In this document: positions 1 through 8,623 of the stretch, piece after piece
Layout: every line of letters starts with the position of its first letter
How positions within the stretch are numbered: position 1 is the stretch's first letter
Assembly (NCBI GenBank): GCA_030427205.1
Contig: JAUHXC010000011.1
Span: forward strand, 172,016 to 236,015
DNA length: 64,000 nt
Origin: a bacterium
GTDB taxonomy: Bacteria > Myxococcota_A > Bradymonadia > UBA7976 > UBA1532
Direction of reading: 5' to 3'
The notes under the pieces: generated by a model
The model's database searches: none
Told to the model about the DNA's origin: nothing
The model's input: the letters and a program-made list of their open reading frames with translations, nothing else
Position numbers and translations under genes: made by a program

Positions 1-357
1 CCCGCGGGCCTGGCCGACATGCCGGCGGTGGCCTATCGCGCCGAGGTGCAGATCACCCGCTGGAGCTACCTCGACGGCGAGAGCATCCGCTCGGTCGAGG
101 TCGATCCGGTGCTGCGGGTCGACGACGGCAACGCCCTGCTCGACGCGGTCCTCGACGGGCTGGGGGTGGGCTACCTCTCGCGCTTCGCCGCCCGCCCGCA
201 CATCGAGCGCGGCGCGCTCGTCGAGCTCCTGCCCCACGTCGAGCTGCCGCCGTACGATCCGATCTTCGTCATCCGCGCAGCCGCCGATCCGGCGCCGCCG
301 CGGGTGCGGGTCTTCGAGGAGACCCTGCGCGACGTCGCCGCCGAGCTGCGCGGCTGA
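1..357 (+). CDS. LysR-family transcriptional regulator, C-terminal part (5' end lies outside window)
   Basis: ORF 19..357 is in frame with base 1; sequence (GVGYLSRFAARPHIERGALVELLP...) resembles the C-terminal substrate-binding region of LysR regulators. Confidence 0.5.
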   Translation, partial: PAGLADMPAVAYRAEVQITRWSYLDGESIRSVEVDPVLRVDDGNALLDAVLDGLGVGYLSRFAARPHIERGALVELLPHVELPPYDPIFVIRAAADPAPPRVRVFEETLRDVAAELRG

Positions 358-700
358 CCCCCACCACCCGCGCAGCCGAAGGCGGTCGAGCGCATCGCGC
401 GAGACGCGACGGGCGAAGCCCGGAGCACGCGAGCCGTCAGGCGAGCCGCCGAGCGCAGCGAGGGTGCCGGAGACGAACACGGCAACGAGAGACTGTTGGC
501 GCGTCCCGACCCGGCGCCGGATCGCCGTGCCTACCCTCAGCGTTGCCCAGACCGCCGCCCCCGAGCACCGCGCTTCATCTCCAGGCAGGCCCAAGCACGT
601 CTTGGGCAGCGGCCCCGCACAGCGCGCCGCTCACCGCCCTTCGAAAGGCGAACGGCGCCCGCCCTCTCGGGCGCGCGCCGTTCATGCACCTCGGGCGAGC

Positions 701-1834
701 TCAGCCTTCGGCGTCGTCCTCGCCGCCCTCGTCCTCGGGGGCCGGGCGCTCGGGGCGCTCACCCTCGGGGGCCTCGCCGTCCTCGGGAGCCGGGCGCTCG
801 GGGCGCTCGCCGCCGTCCTCGGGGGCCGGGCGCTCGGGGCGCTCACCCTCGGGGGCCTCGCCGTCCTCGGGGGCCGGGCGCTCGGGGCGCTCACCCTCGG
901 GGGCCTCGCCGTCCTCGGGGGCCGGGCGCTCGGGGCGCTCGCCCTCGGGGGCCTCGCCGTCCTCGGGGGCCGGGCGCTCGGGGCGCTCGCCCTCGGGGGC
1001 CTCGCCGTCCTCGGGAGCGGGGCGCTCGGGGCGCTCGCCGCCGTCCTCACCCTCGGGCCGCTGCGGGCGCTGGCCCTCGCCGTCCTCGCCCTCGGGCCGC
1101 TGCGGGCGCTCGCCCTCGCCGTCCTCGCCCTCGGGCCGCTGCGGACGCTCGCCCTCGCCGTCCTCGCCCTCGGGCCGCTGCGGACGCTCGCCCTCGCCGT
1201 CGTCACCGCGCTGCGGGCGCTCGGCGCCTTCTTCACCCTCGGGCCGCGGCGGCGCGTCGGGGCAGGCCTCGTGGCAGGCCTCGGCGACGCCCATCGCCTC
1301 TTCGCGGCAGGCCTCGGGCTCGCCGCCGTCCTCGGTGCACAGACCGAAGACCGCCCGCGCCTCGGGCCGGCACTCCTGGTGGCACGCCCGGATCCGATGG
1401 CGGATGGCCCGAGCGGCGCGGTGCAGGCAGACCTCTTCGGCGATGACCTCGCAGCCGGGGAAGTCCTCGGGCAGCTGCTCGGCCTCGGCGACCCGCGCCT
1501 CGCAGCCCTCGATGAACGCGTCGAGGTTCTCGGCGCAGAACTCGGCTGGGTCGACGCCGGGCGCCGGGCCCTCGCCCTCCGGCGGCATGCGCTCACCGCG
1601 CTCACCGCGCTCGCCGCGCTCGCCCTCGGGCATGCCCTCGGGGGCCTCTTCGCCGGCGTCGTCGGGCAGGCCGTGGCGGCGCATCGCGGCGGCTTCGCCC
1701 TCGGCGCCGAGCTCGGAGAGCTGGGTCTCGAGCGTATCGTCGACCGGCTCGTCGCCCTCTTCGACGTTGCAGGCGGTGATGGCGAGGCCGGCGGCCAGGG
1801 TCAGCGACAGGCGGTTGATGGTGCGACGGAACAT
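701..1834 (-). CDS. secreted lipoprotein with acidic Pro/Glu-rich tandem repeats and a central Cys-rich domain
   Basis: Internal ATG (cat 1832..1834) preceded by GGGAGG-like RBS gives MFRRTINRLSLTLAAGLAITACN (signal peptide + lipobox); 16-aa (GERPERPAPEDGEAPE) and 13-aa (GERPQRPEGEDGE) repeats; track ORF 701..2032 trimmed. Confidence 0.6.
   Translation of the reverse strand: MFRRTINRLSLTLAAGLAITACNVEEGDEPVDDTLETQLSELGAEGEAAAMRRHGLPDDAGEEAPEGMPEGERGERGERGERMPPEGEGPAPGVDPAEFCAENLDAFIEGCEARVAEAEQLPEDFPGCEVIAEEVCLHRAARAIRHRIRACHQECRPEARAVFGLCTEDGGEPEACREEAMGVAEACHEACPDAPPRPEGEEGAERPQRGDDGEGERPQRPEGEDGEGERPQRPEGEDGEGERPQRPEGEDGEGQRPQRPEGEDGGERPERPAPEDGEAPEGERPERPAPEDGEAPEGERPERPAPEDGEAPEGERPERPAPEDGEAPEGERPERPAPEDGGERPERPAPEDGEAPEGERPERPAPEDEGGEDDAEG
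733..1200. repeat. in-frame tandem DNA repeats: 48-bp unit (about 6 copies, one 36-bp deletion variant) followed by 39-bp unit (4 copies)
   Basis: Unit cctcgggggccgggcgctcggggcgctcaccctcgggggcctcgccgt repeated from 733; unit cctcgccctcgggccgctgcgg(g/a)cgctcgccctcgccgt at 1045..1200. Confidence 0.8.
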
Positions 1835-2297
1835 GGGGACCTCCCTCGGTTCGACTGTGTCTGTTTCGGGCTGTGGCGGGCTCGAAGCGCCTCGCCGTTC
1901 ACGCTCAGAAGGGATTGCAGCCGCCGTGCCAACTCTCGAGATCGCCCGAAAACGCGGTTTTTCGCCGATCGAGGCCCGATCGGGGTCAAGCGCGGGCGAC
2001 ACCTGTCCAGCGCCGCCGACACGGCGGCGCAAACAGCGCCAATCGCGCTTGGCATGACCGGCTTGTCAGGGCGGGGGCGGCGCTGAGCGGGTGTCACCGA
2101 CGGGTGTCGCGCGCCTCGCGTGCGCGCGATCGGGACTGCCGGTTGATTTTGCGGGGGCAGGCGGTCCACCATTCGGCCCCGGCGGTTCGGTGGGCGCAAC
2201 TCCGCATGGTACGGGGCATCTCACGCTGCCGGATCGATCTGATTTCGCCGCTTTGAGGGATTGCGCCCGATCGCTGTCCCCGTTACGGTAGCGCACC

Positions 2298-4616
2298 ATG
2301 CGACATATACACACATGTATTCAGGTATCCGTGGCCCTGGTGGCCGCGGTTGTTCTGGGCTGCGGTGGCGGGCCGTCCGACGACGCCCCCGATACCCCGC
2401 CGCCCGAGCCGGCCCAGCCGGCGCCCGAGGCCAATGCGCCGGCGCCGACGCCCGGCGAGACGCCGACGGCGAAGGTCGAGCCGCCGAAGCCGCCCGACCC
2501 GCTGCGCCACCGCGACGACCTGCCGCCGGAGAAGCGCATCGTCATCGCCATCGACGGCGAGCAGCGGGTGGTCGACATCGACGCGGCGCGGGCGGCGGGC
2601 TATACGCCGGTCGACCTGACCAACGACTGGACCCCGTACATCTTCGAGGAGCGCCTCGACGACGCGGGCGAGCCGCTATCGAACCGCTATCGCCAGATCT
2701 ACATGGGCCTGGCCAACGACGAGACCGACGGCGACGGTCGGCCGCTGCCGGACAACGAGCTCAACTTCCTCGAGGTCTTCGGCATCCCGCCGTCGATGGG
2801 CGTCATCCGCACCCGCTTCATCGAAGACGAGGCGAAAGAGTGCCACGCCGAGATCGACTACGCCGCCATCGGCGCGGTGGAGAACATCCCCTTCCTCAAG
2901 GGCTCGCGGCTGCGCAGCTACAACGGCCGGGTGGCCCGCGCCCGGCGGGCGGTGAAGAAGGCCATCGGTCAGGCGAACGCAAAGGGCGAGAAGGCCTACA
3001 AGAAGGCGCTGCGCGCGGCCAAGGCCGAGCAGAAGGCCCGGGAGAAGGCCTACGCGGCGGCGCTGAAGGCCCATCAGGCGGCGGTGAAGGCGGCGACGGC
3101 CCAGGGCCAGCCGGCCCCCGCGGCGCCGGCGCCGGTCGAGGCGGTGGCGATGCCCGCGCCGTGGGATCCGATCGACGACGCCGAGGAGCTGCGCGCCCGC
3201 GACCCGGACGTGGCGGGCACCGTCGAGGAGTCGATGGCCCTCGCCGACAAGGCCGACCGCCGCGAGATCGCCTTCGACCACGTCGAGAAGCGGCTGAAGT
3301 GTGATGATCACGACCGGCCGCGCTTCAAGCACAAGAAGGGGCGCTTCGATCACGGGCTGCGCATGGCGGTGCGCCGCTTCCAGCGCAAGCACAAGATCTA
3401 CGAGTACGCCAACATGAAGGGCGAGACGATGGAGATGCTCGCCACCCCGCCGCGGGCGTCGAACTTCAAGTCGTTCGAGCGGGCGCTGACCGAGCGGGTG
3501 GTCGCCGCGACCCACATCATCGAGGACGGCACGACGCAGACGGGGGACGAGCCGCCGACCTATACCGGCACCGACGGCAAGGAACACCCGATCCGCAACC
3601 TCGTCGCCGAGTTCGTCGACGCGGCGAAGACCCAGACCGCGCTCGATACCCCCGAGCGGGTGCTGGCGTTCTTCAACCGGTTCTCCGCCGAGGACTTCGA
3701 CACCTGGATGCGGGTGGGGGTCAAGTTCCCCGAGCTGCCCGAGTACTACAGCGGCGACATGGACCTGAAGATCGTCATCGACAAGGGCGACGTCTGGTAC
3801 GACCTGCCCTATAACGACGAGGGCAAGGAGCTGCGCCAGCCGCGGCGGCGCATGCCCAAGCTGATGGTCTACCTGCGCTGGAACGACCAGACCATCCGCC
3901 TCGTGCGCTGGCCCACGACCATCGGCGGCTGGCGCAAGGATCTGGCGCCCAACGGCTACGTCTACATGCGCTACAAAGGCTCGGACACCGGCGATCGGGT
4001 GATCCGCAAGATCATCTCCGGGCCGACGTGGGTGCCGCCGACGAGCACCCCGCTCAAGAGCCTCGCCAAGCGCCGCTGGGTCAACGGCAAGGGTCAGGGC
4101 ATCGTCAATTACGAGGAGATGGGCCCCGGCTACCTGTCGGCCTACGGGCTGGTGGCGGGCTACTTCGTCATCCCGGGCCGCAATGGCGACGTCGACCGCG
4201 GCATCCGGGCCCACGGCTCGTCGGACTACATGTCCATCCGCAGCTCGCGGCGCTTCAGCCACGGCTGTCACCGGCTGCTCAACCACCTCTCGGTGCGGCT
4301 CTACGGGTTCATCCTCAACCACCGGCCGCATACGGTCGGCGGTGATCAGAAGATGAACGCCGAGCGCCAGTTCTACTACAAGGAGCAGGTCTACCAGATG
4401 CGCATGCCGTCCCGCGGCTTCGCGTATTTCCTCGATCCGCCGGTGCCCGTCTCGGTGCTCGAGGGCAACATCAAGGGCAAGCGCAAGCGGCCCTACGAGG
4501 GTTACGTGAAGATCCCCGGCGAGCTGTACCCCGACGCGCTGCCCGGCGAAGAGACCGGCAGCGAGGACGATCGGGCCGGCGGCGGCGCCCCGGTCGACGA
4601 GGACGACGACGCATGA
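2298..4616 (+). CDS. large lipoprotein with C-terminal L,D-transpeptidase (YkuD-like) domain
   Basis: N-term MRHIHTCIQVSVALVAAVVLGCGG (lipobox), Pro-rich linker, Lys/Ala-rich segment, then HGSSDYMSIRSSRRFSHGCHRL matching the HG[ST]...S.GC.R catalytic signature of L,D-transpeptidases. Confidence 0.55.
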   Translation: MRHIHTCIQVSVALVAAVVLGCGGGPSDDAPDTPPPEPAQPAPEANAPAPTPGETPTAKVEPPKPPDPLRHRDDLPPEKRIVIAIDGEQRVVDIDAARAAGYTPVDLTNDWTPYIFEERLDDAGEPLSNRYRQIYMGLANDETDGDGRPLPDNELNFLEVFGIPPSMGVIRTRFIEDEAKECHAEIDYAAIGAVENIPFLKGSRLRSYNGRVARARRAVKKAIGQANAKGEKAYKKALRAAKAEQKAREKAYAAALKAHQAAVKAATAQGQPAPAAPAPVEAVAMPAPWDPIDDAEELRARDPDVAGTVEESMALADKADRREIAFDHVEKRLKCDDHDRPRFKHKKGRFDHGLRMAVRRFQRKHKIYEYANMKGETMEMLATPPRASNFKSFERALTERVVAATHIIEDGTTQTGDEPPTYTGTDGKEHPIRNLVAEFVDAAKTQTALDTPERVLAFFNRFSAEDFDTWMRVGVKFPELPEYYSGDMDLKIVIDKGDVWYDLPYNDEGKELRQPRRRMPKLMVYLRWNDQTIRLVRWPTTIGGWRKDLAPNGYVYMRYKGSDTGDRVIRKIISGPTWVPPTSTPLKSLAKRRWVNGKGQGIVNYEEMGPGYLSAYGLVAGYFVIPGRNGDVDRGIRAHGSSDYMSIRSSRRFSHGCHRLLNHLSVRLYGFILNHRPHTVGGDQKMNAERQFYYKEQVYQMRMPSRGFAYFLDPPVPVSVLEGNIKGKRKRPYEGYVKIPGELYPDALPGEETGSEDDRAGGGAPVDEDDDA

Positions 4617-5149
4617 TCACCTTCCGACGATGGGTCTGGGCGCTGGGTCTGGCGCTGGTGCCGGCGATCGCCGTCGCTCAGGAGAAGGGCGACGATGCCC
4701 CGGCGGTGGTCAAGGACTTCGAGGCCGGCCAGAAGAGCAAGGACGGCGCGAAGACCAAGGCGCCGAAGAAGACCAAGGCGCCCAAGAAGACGGTGCGCCT
4801 CAGCTTCACGACGGTGCCCCGGGTCAAGGCGCGGGTGTACTACGGGCGCAAGCTCTTGGGCACGACGCCGTTCTCGGTCGAGTGGAAGCGCAACTCGGGG
4901 CCGGTGGATGTCGTGGTGCGGGCCCATGGCTACCTGCCGGTCAATACCCGGGCGTATACCTTCCGCGACGACGACGTGAGCGTGAGGCTGACCCGCCCCG
5001 CCAACGCCCACACCCTGCTGGGCTACAAGAAGCCGGTGGAGGCGCCGCCCGAAGAGGACGCCGAGGGTGAAGAAGAGGCGCCGTCGTCCGCGCCGACGGC
5101 CCCTGTCGCGCCCCCCGCCGCGCCGAGCCCCACCGCGCCGAGCCCCTGA
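4613..5149 (+). CDS. secreted PEGA-domain protein
   Basis: ATGA overlap with upstream gene; signal peptide MITFRRWVWALGLALVPAIAVAQ; PEGA-like segment RVKARVYYGRKLLGTTPFSVEWKRNSGPVDVVVRAHGYLPV; Pro/Ala-rich C-term. Confidence 0.5.
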   Translation: MITFRRWVWALGLALVPAIAVAQEKGDDAPAVVKDFEAGQKSKDGAKTKAPKKTKAPKKTVRLSFTTVPRVKARVYYGRKLLGTTPFSVEWKRNSGPVDVVVRAHGYLPVNTRAYTFRDDDVSVRLTRPANAHTLLGYKKPVEAPPEEDAEGEEEAPSSAPTAPVAPPAAPSPTAPSP

Positions 5150-5176
5150 ACCGGCCGGCGACGACCGGCGGCCGCG

Positions 5177-5653
5177 CTACAGCGGGCGCGTCGGGATGGC
5201 GCGGCGGACCCAGAAGCCGGCGACGTCGTCGATCTCGAAGAGCACCTCGAGCAGGTCGCCGTCCTCGCCGCAGAAGATCTGCTCCGAGTCGTCGGCGTGG
5301 CGCCACGTATAGCGCGCCACGCACTGCCCCTCGGCGCCGTCGCAGCCGAGCTCCTCGCCGGTCTCGGGATCGGTCGGCGGGGTCTCCGACGGCTCGACCA
5401 TCATCGGCAAGGCCGTGGCCACCACCGTCGCCAGCGGATCGTTGAGGTCGGCGATGCCGTCCAGATCGGCGACGAGCACCGTGACCTGGTCGAGCTTGTA
5501 GACCCCCTCGACCCGGCGGCAGACCGCCTCCGCCGACAGCACCGAGGGCTTGTTGACGGTGGCCGGCTCGTCGCAGCCGGTGAGGGCGGCCGGGACGGCG
5601 AGGGCGGACAGTGTGAGAGCGGACAGGGCGAGGGCGAGACGGGCGCGCGGCAT
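5177..5653 (-). CDS. hypothetical lipoprotein
   Basis: Internal start MPRARLALALSALTLSALAVPAALTGC (lipobox) at 5653; longer track ORF 5177..5770 has Arg-rich non-proteinlike N-term. Confidence 0.45.
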   Translation of the reverse strand: MPRARLALALSALTLSALAVPAALTGCDEPATVNKPSVLSAEAVCRRVEGVYKLDQVTVLVADLDGIADLNDPLATVVATALPMMVEPSETPPTDPETGEELGCDGAEGQCVARYTWRHADDSEQIFCGEDGDLLEVLFEIDDVAGFWVRRAIPTRPL

Positions 5654-5816
5654 GGCAGAACCCCGGGCTGGTGGTCGAGCGCGGCGAGGATAGGGCAGCC
5701 GCCGACGACGGGGCAAGCGCAGCCGATCGGGTCTCTCGAGCCCCGCCCGCGGGAATACTTCACGGCGCACATGTATTCTGTTGTCCTACAGATTGATTTC
5801 GAGCTAGAGTCCCGCC

Positions 5817-7247
5817 GTGCTGACCTTGATCGCCACTGTGATGCTCGCCGCGAACCCGCCGCTCGACTGGCAGTTTCCCGGTATGTCCGGCCCCGACCTG
5901 CAGGCCGCGGTGCGCGCCGCCGCCGGCCCGCTGCCCCGGGGTCATCTCTTCGACGAGGCCGCCCGCGAGGCGCACCTGGCCGAGGTCCGCTGGACCGACG
6001 CGCTGGGCTGCCTGGCCGACGAGGCCGAATGCGCCGACGGGCGACGGGCGGTCTTCGCCGCGCTGCAGCTCGCCGGGCAGGTGGTCGCCGTCGCCACGTC
6101 CCAAGGCGCCGGCCACCGCGTCGTCTTGACCCTGCACGGGCTCGAATCCGCCGAGCCGCAGGTCTACAGCGGCACCGGGGCGACGCTCGACGAGGCGGCC
6201 AAGGCGGCCTACGCCGCGCTGCAGGGCCGGGTGACGCTGGTCTTGACCCTCGACCCGCCCGACGCCTCGATCCGGCTCGACGGCGAGGCGTTCGGCCAGG
6301 GGTCGGGCACCTACACCGTGCCGCCCGGCGATCACGACCTGACCTTCGAGGCCCCCGGGCGGCGCACTGTGAAGCAGCCGATCCGGGCCGACGCGGGCGA
6401 TACCCTCGAGATCGAGACCGTGCTGCCGGCGGCGGTGGGCCACCTCAGCCTGAAGGTCGAGCCGGCGAGCGCCACCGTCTTCCTCGACGGGGCCAAGTGG
6501 CCCGACCCGGGCACCGCCCGCGAGCTGTCGCCGGGGCCCCACGGGCTGCGCATCGAGGCCGAGGGCTACGAGACGTTCACCACCGAGGTGACCGTCAAGA
6601 GCGGCACGGTGCACGACCTGAACATGAAGCTGCGCCCCGAAGAACCCGACTGGCGCGAGGCGCTCTCCCGGCCGCACCCCGATACCCGCGCCCGCCCGTG
6701 GACGGTGCGCGCCGACCTGCGCCTGGGCTCGGCCCGGGACGGCGAGGTGGGGCTGGCTCTGCCCAACGGCGGCGAGCTGGTGAACCAGGACAACGCCATC
6801 GGTACGGTGGGGGTCGGCCTCTCGGTGGGCTGGCGCGGCGAGCACCTGCTCGTCGAGGGTCTGGGGCTGTCGTACGCCGCGGGCAGCGCGCAGACCGGCG
6901 CCACCTTCGAGAACCAGAGCACCGGCGACATCGACGCGCTCAGCCAGCTCACCCTGCGCCCGCTGTGGGTCGGGGCGCGCTACCCGTTCTGGCGCATCGA
7001 GCCCTACGCCCTCGCCGGCGTCGGCTTCGTCTGGGAGACCTTCGACGTCGACCGCCCCAGCGGCGCGCAGCAGGTCAGCGATACCCGCTTCCTGCTCGGC
7101 ACCGAGCTGGGCGTGCGCTACGCGTTCGACGACGCCTTGTCGGCGGGTATGGGCGCGGTGTTCGACTTCCTGCCCGGCGGCCGCGCCTCGGCGGCGTTCA
7201 TGGTGCAGGTGGGCTACGCCATCGACTTGCCGGAGCCATGGAAGTGA
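5817..7247 (+). CDS. outer-membrane protein: two PEGA-like domains fused to a C-terminal beta-barrel-like domain
   Basis: PEGA-like segments (TLVLTLDPPDASIRLDGEAFGQGSGTYTVPPGDHDLTFEA; HLSLKVEPASATVFLDGAKW...GPHGLRIEAEGYETF); C-terminal alternating hydrophobic strands ending ...GYAIDLPEPWK-like OM barrel. Confidence 0.5.
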   Translation: MLTLIATVMLAANPPLDWQFPGMSGPDLQAAVRAAAGPLPRGHLFDEAAREAHLAEVRWTDALGCLADEAECADGRRAVFAALQLAGQVVAVATSQGAGHRVVLTLHGLESAEPQVYSGTGATLDEAAKAAYAALQGRVTLVLTLDPPDASIRLDGEAFGQGSGTYTVPPGDHDLTFEAPGRRTVKQPIRADAGDTLEIETVLPAAVGHLSLKVEPASATVFLDGAKWPDPGTARELSPGPHGLRIEAEGYETFTTEVTVKSGTVHDLNMKLRPEEPDWREALSRPHPDTRARPWTVRADLRLGSARDGEVGLALPNGGELVNQDNAIGTVGVGLSVGWRGEHLLVEGLGLSYAAGSAQTGATFENQSTGDIDALSQLTLRPLWVGARYPFWRIEPYALAGVGFVWETFDVDRPSGAQQVSDTRFLLGTELGVRYAFDDALSAGMGAVFDFLPGGRASAAFMVQVGYAIDLPEPWK

Positions 7248-7516
7248 GCGTCTTGCATCTGCCGTGCTCATCCGGCCCTGCGGGCCACGCCGACGCCCCG
7301 TCGAGTCGGGGGCTTGGCGTCCCTTCGGGCGGGTGCTCCGCTGCGTCGTCGACCCCTGCGGGGCACTCCTCCTTGCTGCGACCCGGGCCCCTCGAGGGCC
7401 GGGCTGCGCCCCGTCTGGTCGAGGGCTCGCCCGCCTTCCGCTCGGCGGCTCGCTTCGCTCGCGTGTTCGGCGCCTTCTGCGCCTCACGTCTCGCGCAAGG
7501 CGCTCGACTTGCCGCC

Positions 7517-8503
7517 ATGCTCGGCTTGTGCTTGATGCCGGCCGTCGCGCTGGGCCAGGCGGCCGACGAGGGCGACCTGCCGCCGCCGGCCGCCGTCGAG
7601 GCCGACGCCGCCGGTCCGGGGCTGCCCGACGACCCCGACGTGGCCGTGGGCCGGGCGGCCTACAACGCGCAGAAGTACGCCGAGGCGGTCACCGCGTTCC
7701 AAGACGTCGCCCGGCGCCATCCGCGGTCGGCCGGCGTCTACCGGGCCCTGGCCCGGGCGGCGAGCTGGGCCGGACAGCCCGAGACCGCCGTGCGCGCCTA
7801 TCGCCACTACCTGCAGCTGGCCCCCGACGCGGGGGACGCGACCAAGGTCGAGGCCGAGCTCAAGCTCGCCGAGCGCAAGCTGTCGACGCCGCTGGCCGAG
7901 GGCCCGCCCGATGACGTCGCCGCGGCGCTGGCGGTGGTCAAGGCGCGGGCGGCGGCCGACGCGTTCGCCGGAGACGACGGCGCGCTCGCCGCGCTCGATA
8001 CCTTGCTGGCCATGGACTACGTCGGCCCCGAGATCGCCGAGGCGACCGCCGCCGTCGACGCGACCCTGCGCGCGCGCACCGACGAGCTGATCGGCCGCTG
8101 GTGGGCGCCGGAGGCGACGGCGTCCAAAGAGGCGCTGGCCGCCATGGCCGCCGGCTGGGCCGCGCGGGCGAAGCGCGGCGCGCTCGATTACGAGGGCTCG
8201 CGCATGTCGAGCGCGGTGACCGGCCTGCAGCAGCTCGCCGCCGGGCAGTTCGCCGAGGCCGTCGAGACCCTGGGCCCGGTGGCGCCGGGTGACGGGCGCC
8301 TGCGCTATGCCCAGGCGGTCGCCCTCGCCCGCGCCGAGCGCCACGTCGAAGCCGAGCAGCTGCTCACCGCGCTCTTGCGCAAGGCCGACGACCCGCGGGT
8401 CGCCGCGCTGCTCGGGCTCGTGCGTCGGGCGCAGGGCCGCATCGACCACGCGCTGGACGCGTGGCGTATCGCGCTCGAGCCGCCGGGCGCCGGTGAGGGA
8501 TAG
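7517..8503 (+). CDS. secreted TPR-repeat protein
   Basis: ATG 7517 (alternative in-frame GTG 7463) within long artefactual ORF 5297..8503; signal-like MLGLCLMPAVALGQA; TPR-like helices (AYNAQKYAEAVTAFQDV..., YRHYLQLAPDAGDA...). Confidence 0.5.
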   Translation: MLGLCLMPAVALGQAADEGDLPPPAAVEADAAGPGLPDDPDVAVGRAAYNAQKYAEAVTAFQDVARRHPRSAGVYRALARAASWAGQPETAVRAYRHYLQLAPDAGDATKVEAELKLAERKLSTPLAEGPPDDVAAALAVVKARAAADAFAGDDGALAALDTLLAMDYVGPEIAEATAAVDATLRARTDELIGRWWAPEATASKEALAAMAAGWAARAKRGALDYEGSRMSSAVTGLQQLAAGQFAEAVETLGPVAPGDGRLRYAQAVALARAERHVEAEQLLTALLRKADDPRVAALLGLVRRAQGRIDHALDAWRIALEPPGAGEG

Positions 8504-8623
8504 CGTGATTCGGGCGAGGCATGGTGTGTCTCGGGCGTGTCATTGCGCCAGGGCAGGGTGGGGGGTATCCTGCGCCCCTTCCCGCCGGGCGCGGGGCTCG
8601 ACGAATGTGAGGAACAGCCGGGG

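Noticed and set aside
640-700. GC-rich hairpin (gaacggcgc...gcgccgttc) just downstream of the minus-strand repeat-lipoprotein stop, as a possible terminator
   Set aside because: There is no convincing U-run following it on the minus strand. It may be a rho-dependent or structural element, so it is not called.
2054-2075. TGGCAT-N7-TTGT resembling a sigma-54 -24/-12 element upstream of the L,D-transpeptidase gene
   Set aside because: The spacing between the GG and the GC/TTG element does not fit the sigma-54 consensus (TGGCAC-N5-TTGC), and -12 is TTGT rather than TTGC. It is likely a chance match.
464-2086. Several long overlapping plus-strand ORFs (540, 504, 316 aa) rich in Ala/Gly/Leu or Arg/Pro/Ser repeats
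   Set aside because: They are alternative-frame and antisense readings of the tandem-repeat lipoprotein gene (701..1834, minus strand). The minus-strand frame has the signal peptide, lipobox and RBS.
5297-8503. 1068-aa plus-strand ORF
   Set aside because: It overlaps the lipoprotein gene (minus) and the PEGA outer-membrane gene in other frames, and most of it has non-protein-like Arg/Gly/Pro composition. Only the 3' part (7517..8503, TPR protein) is retained.
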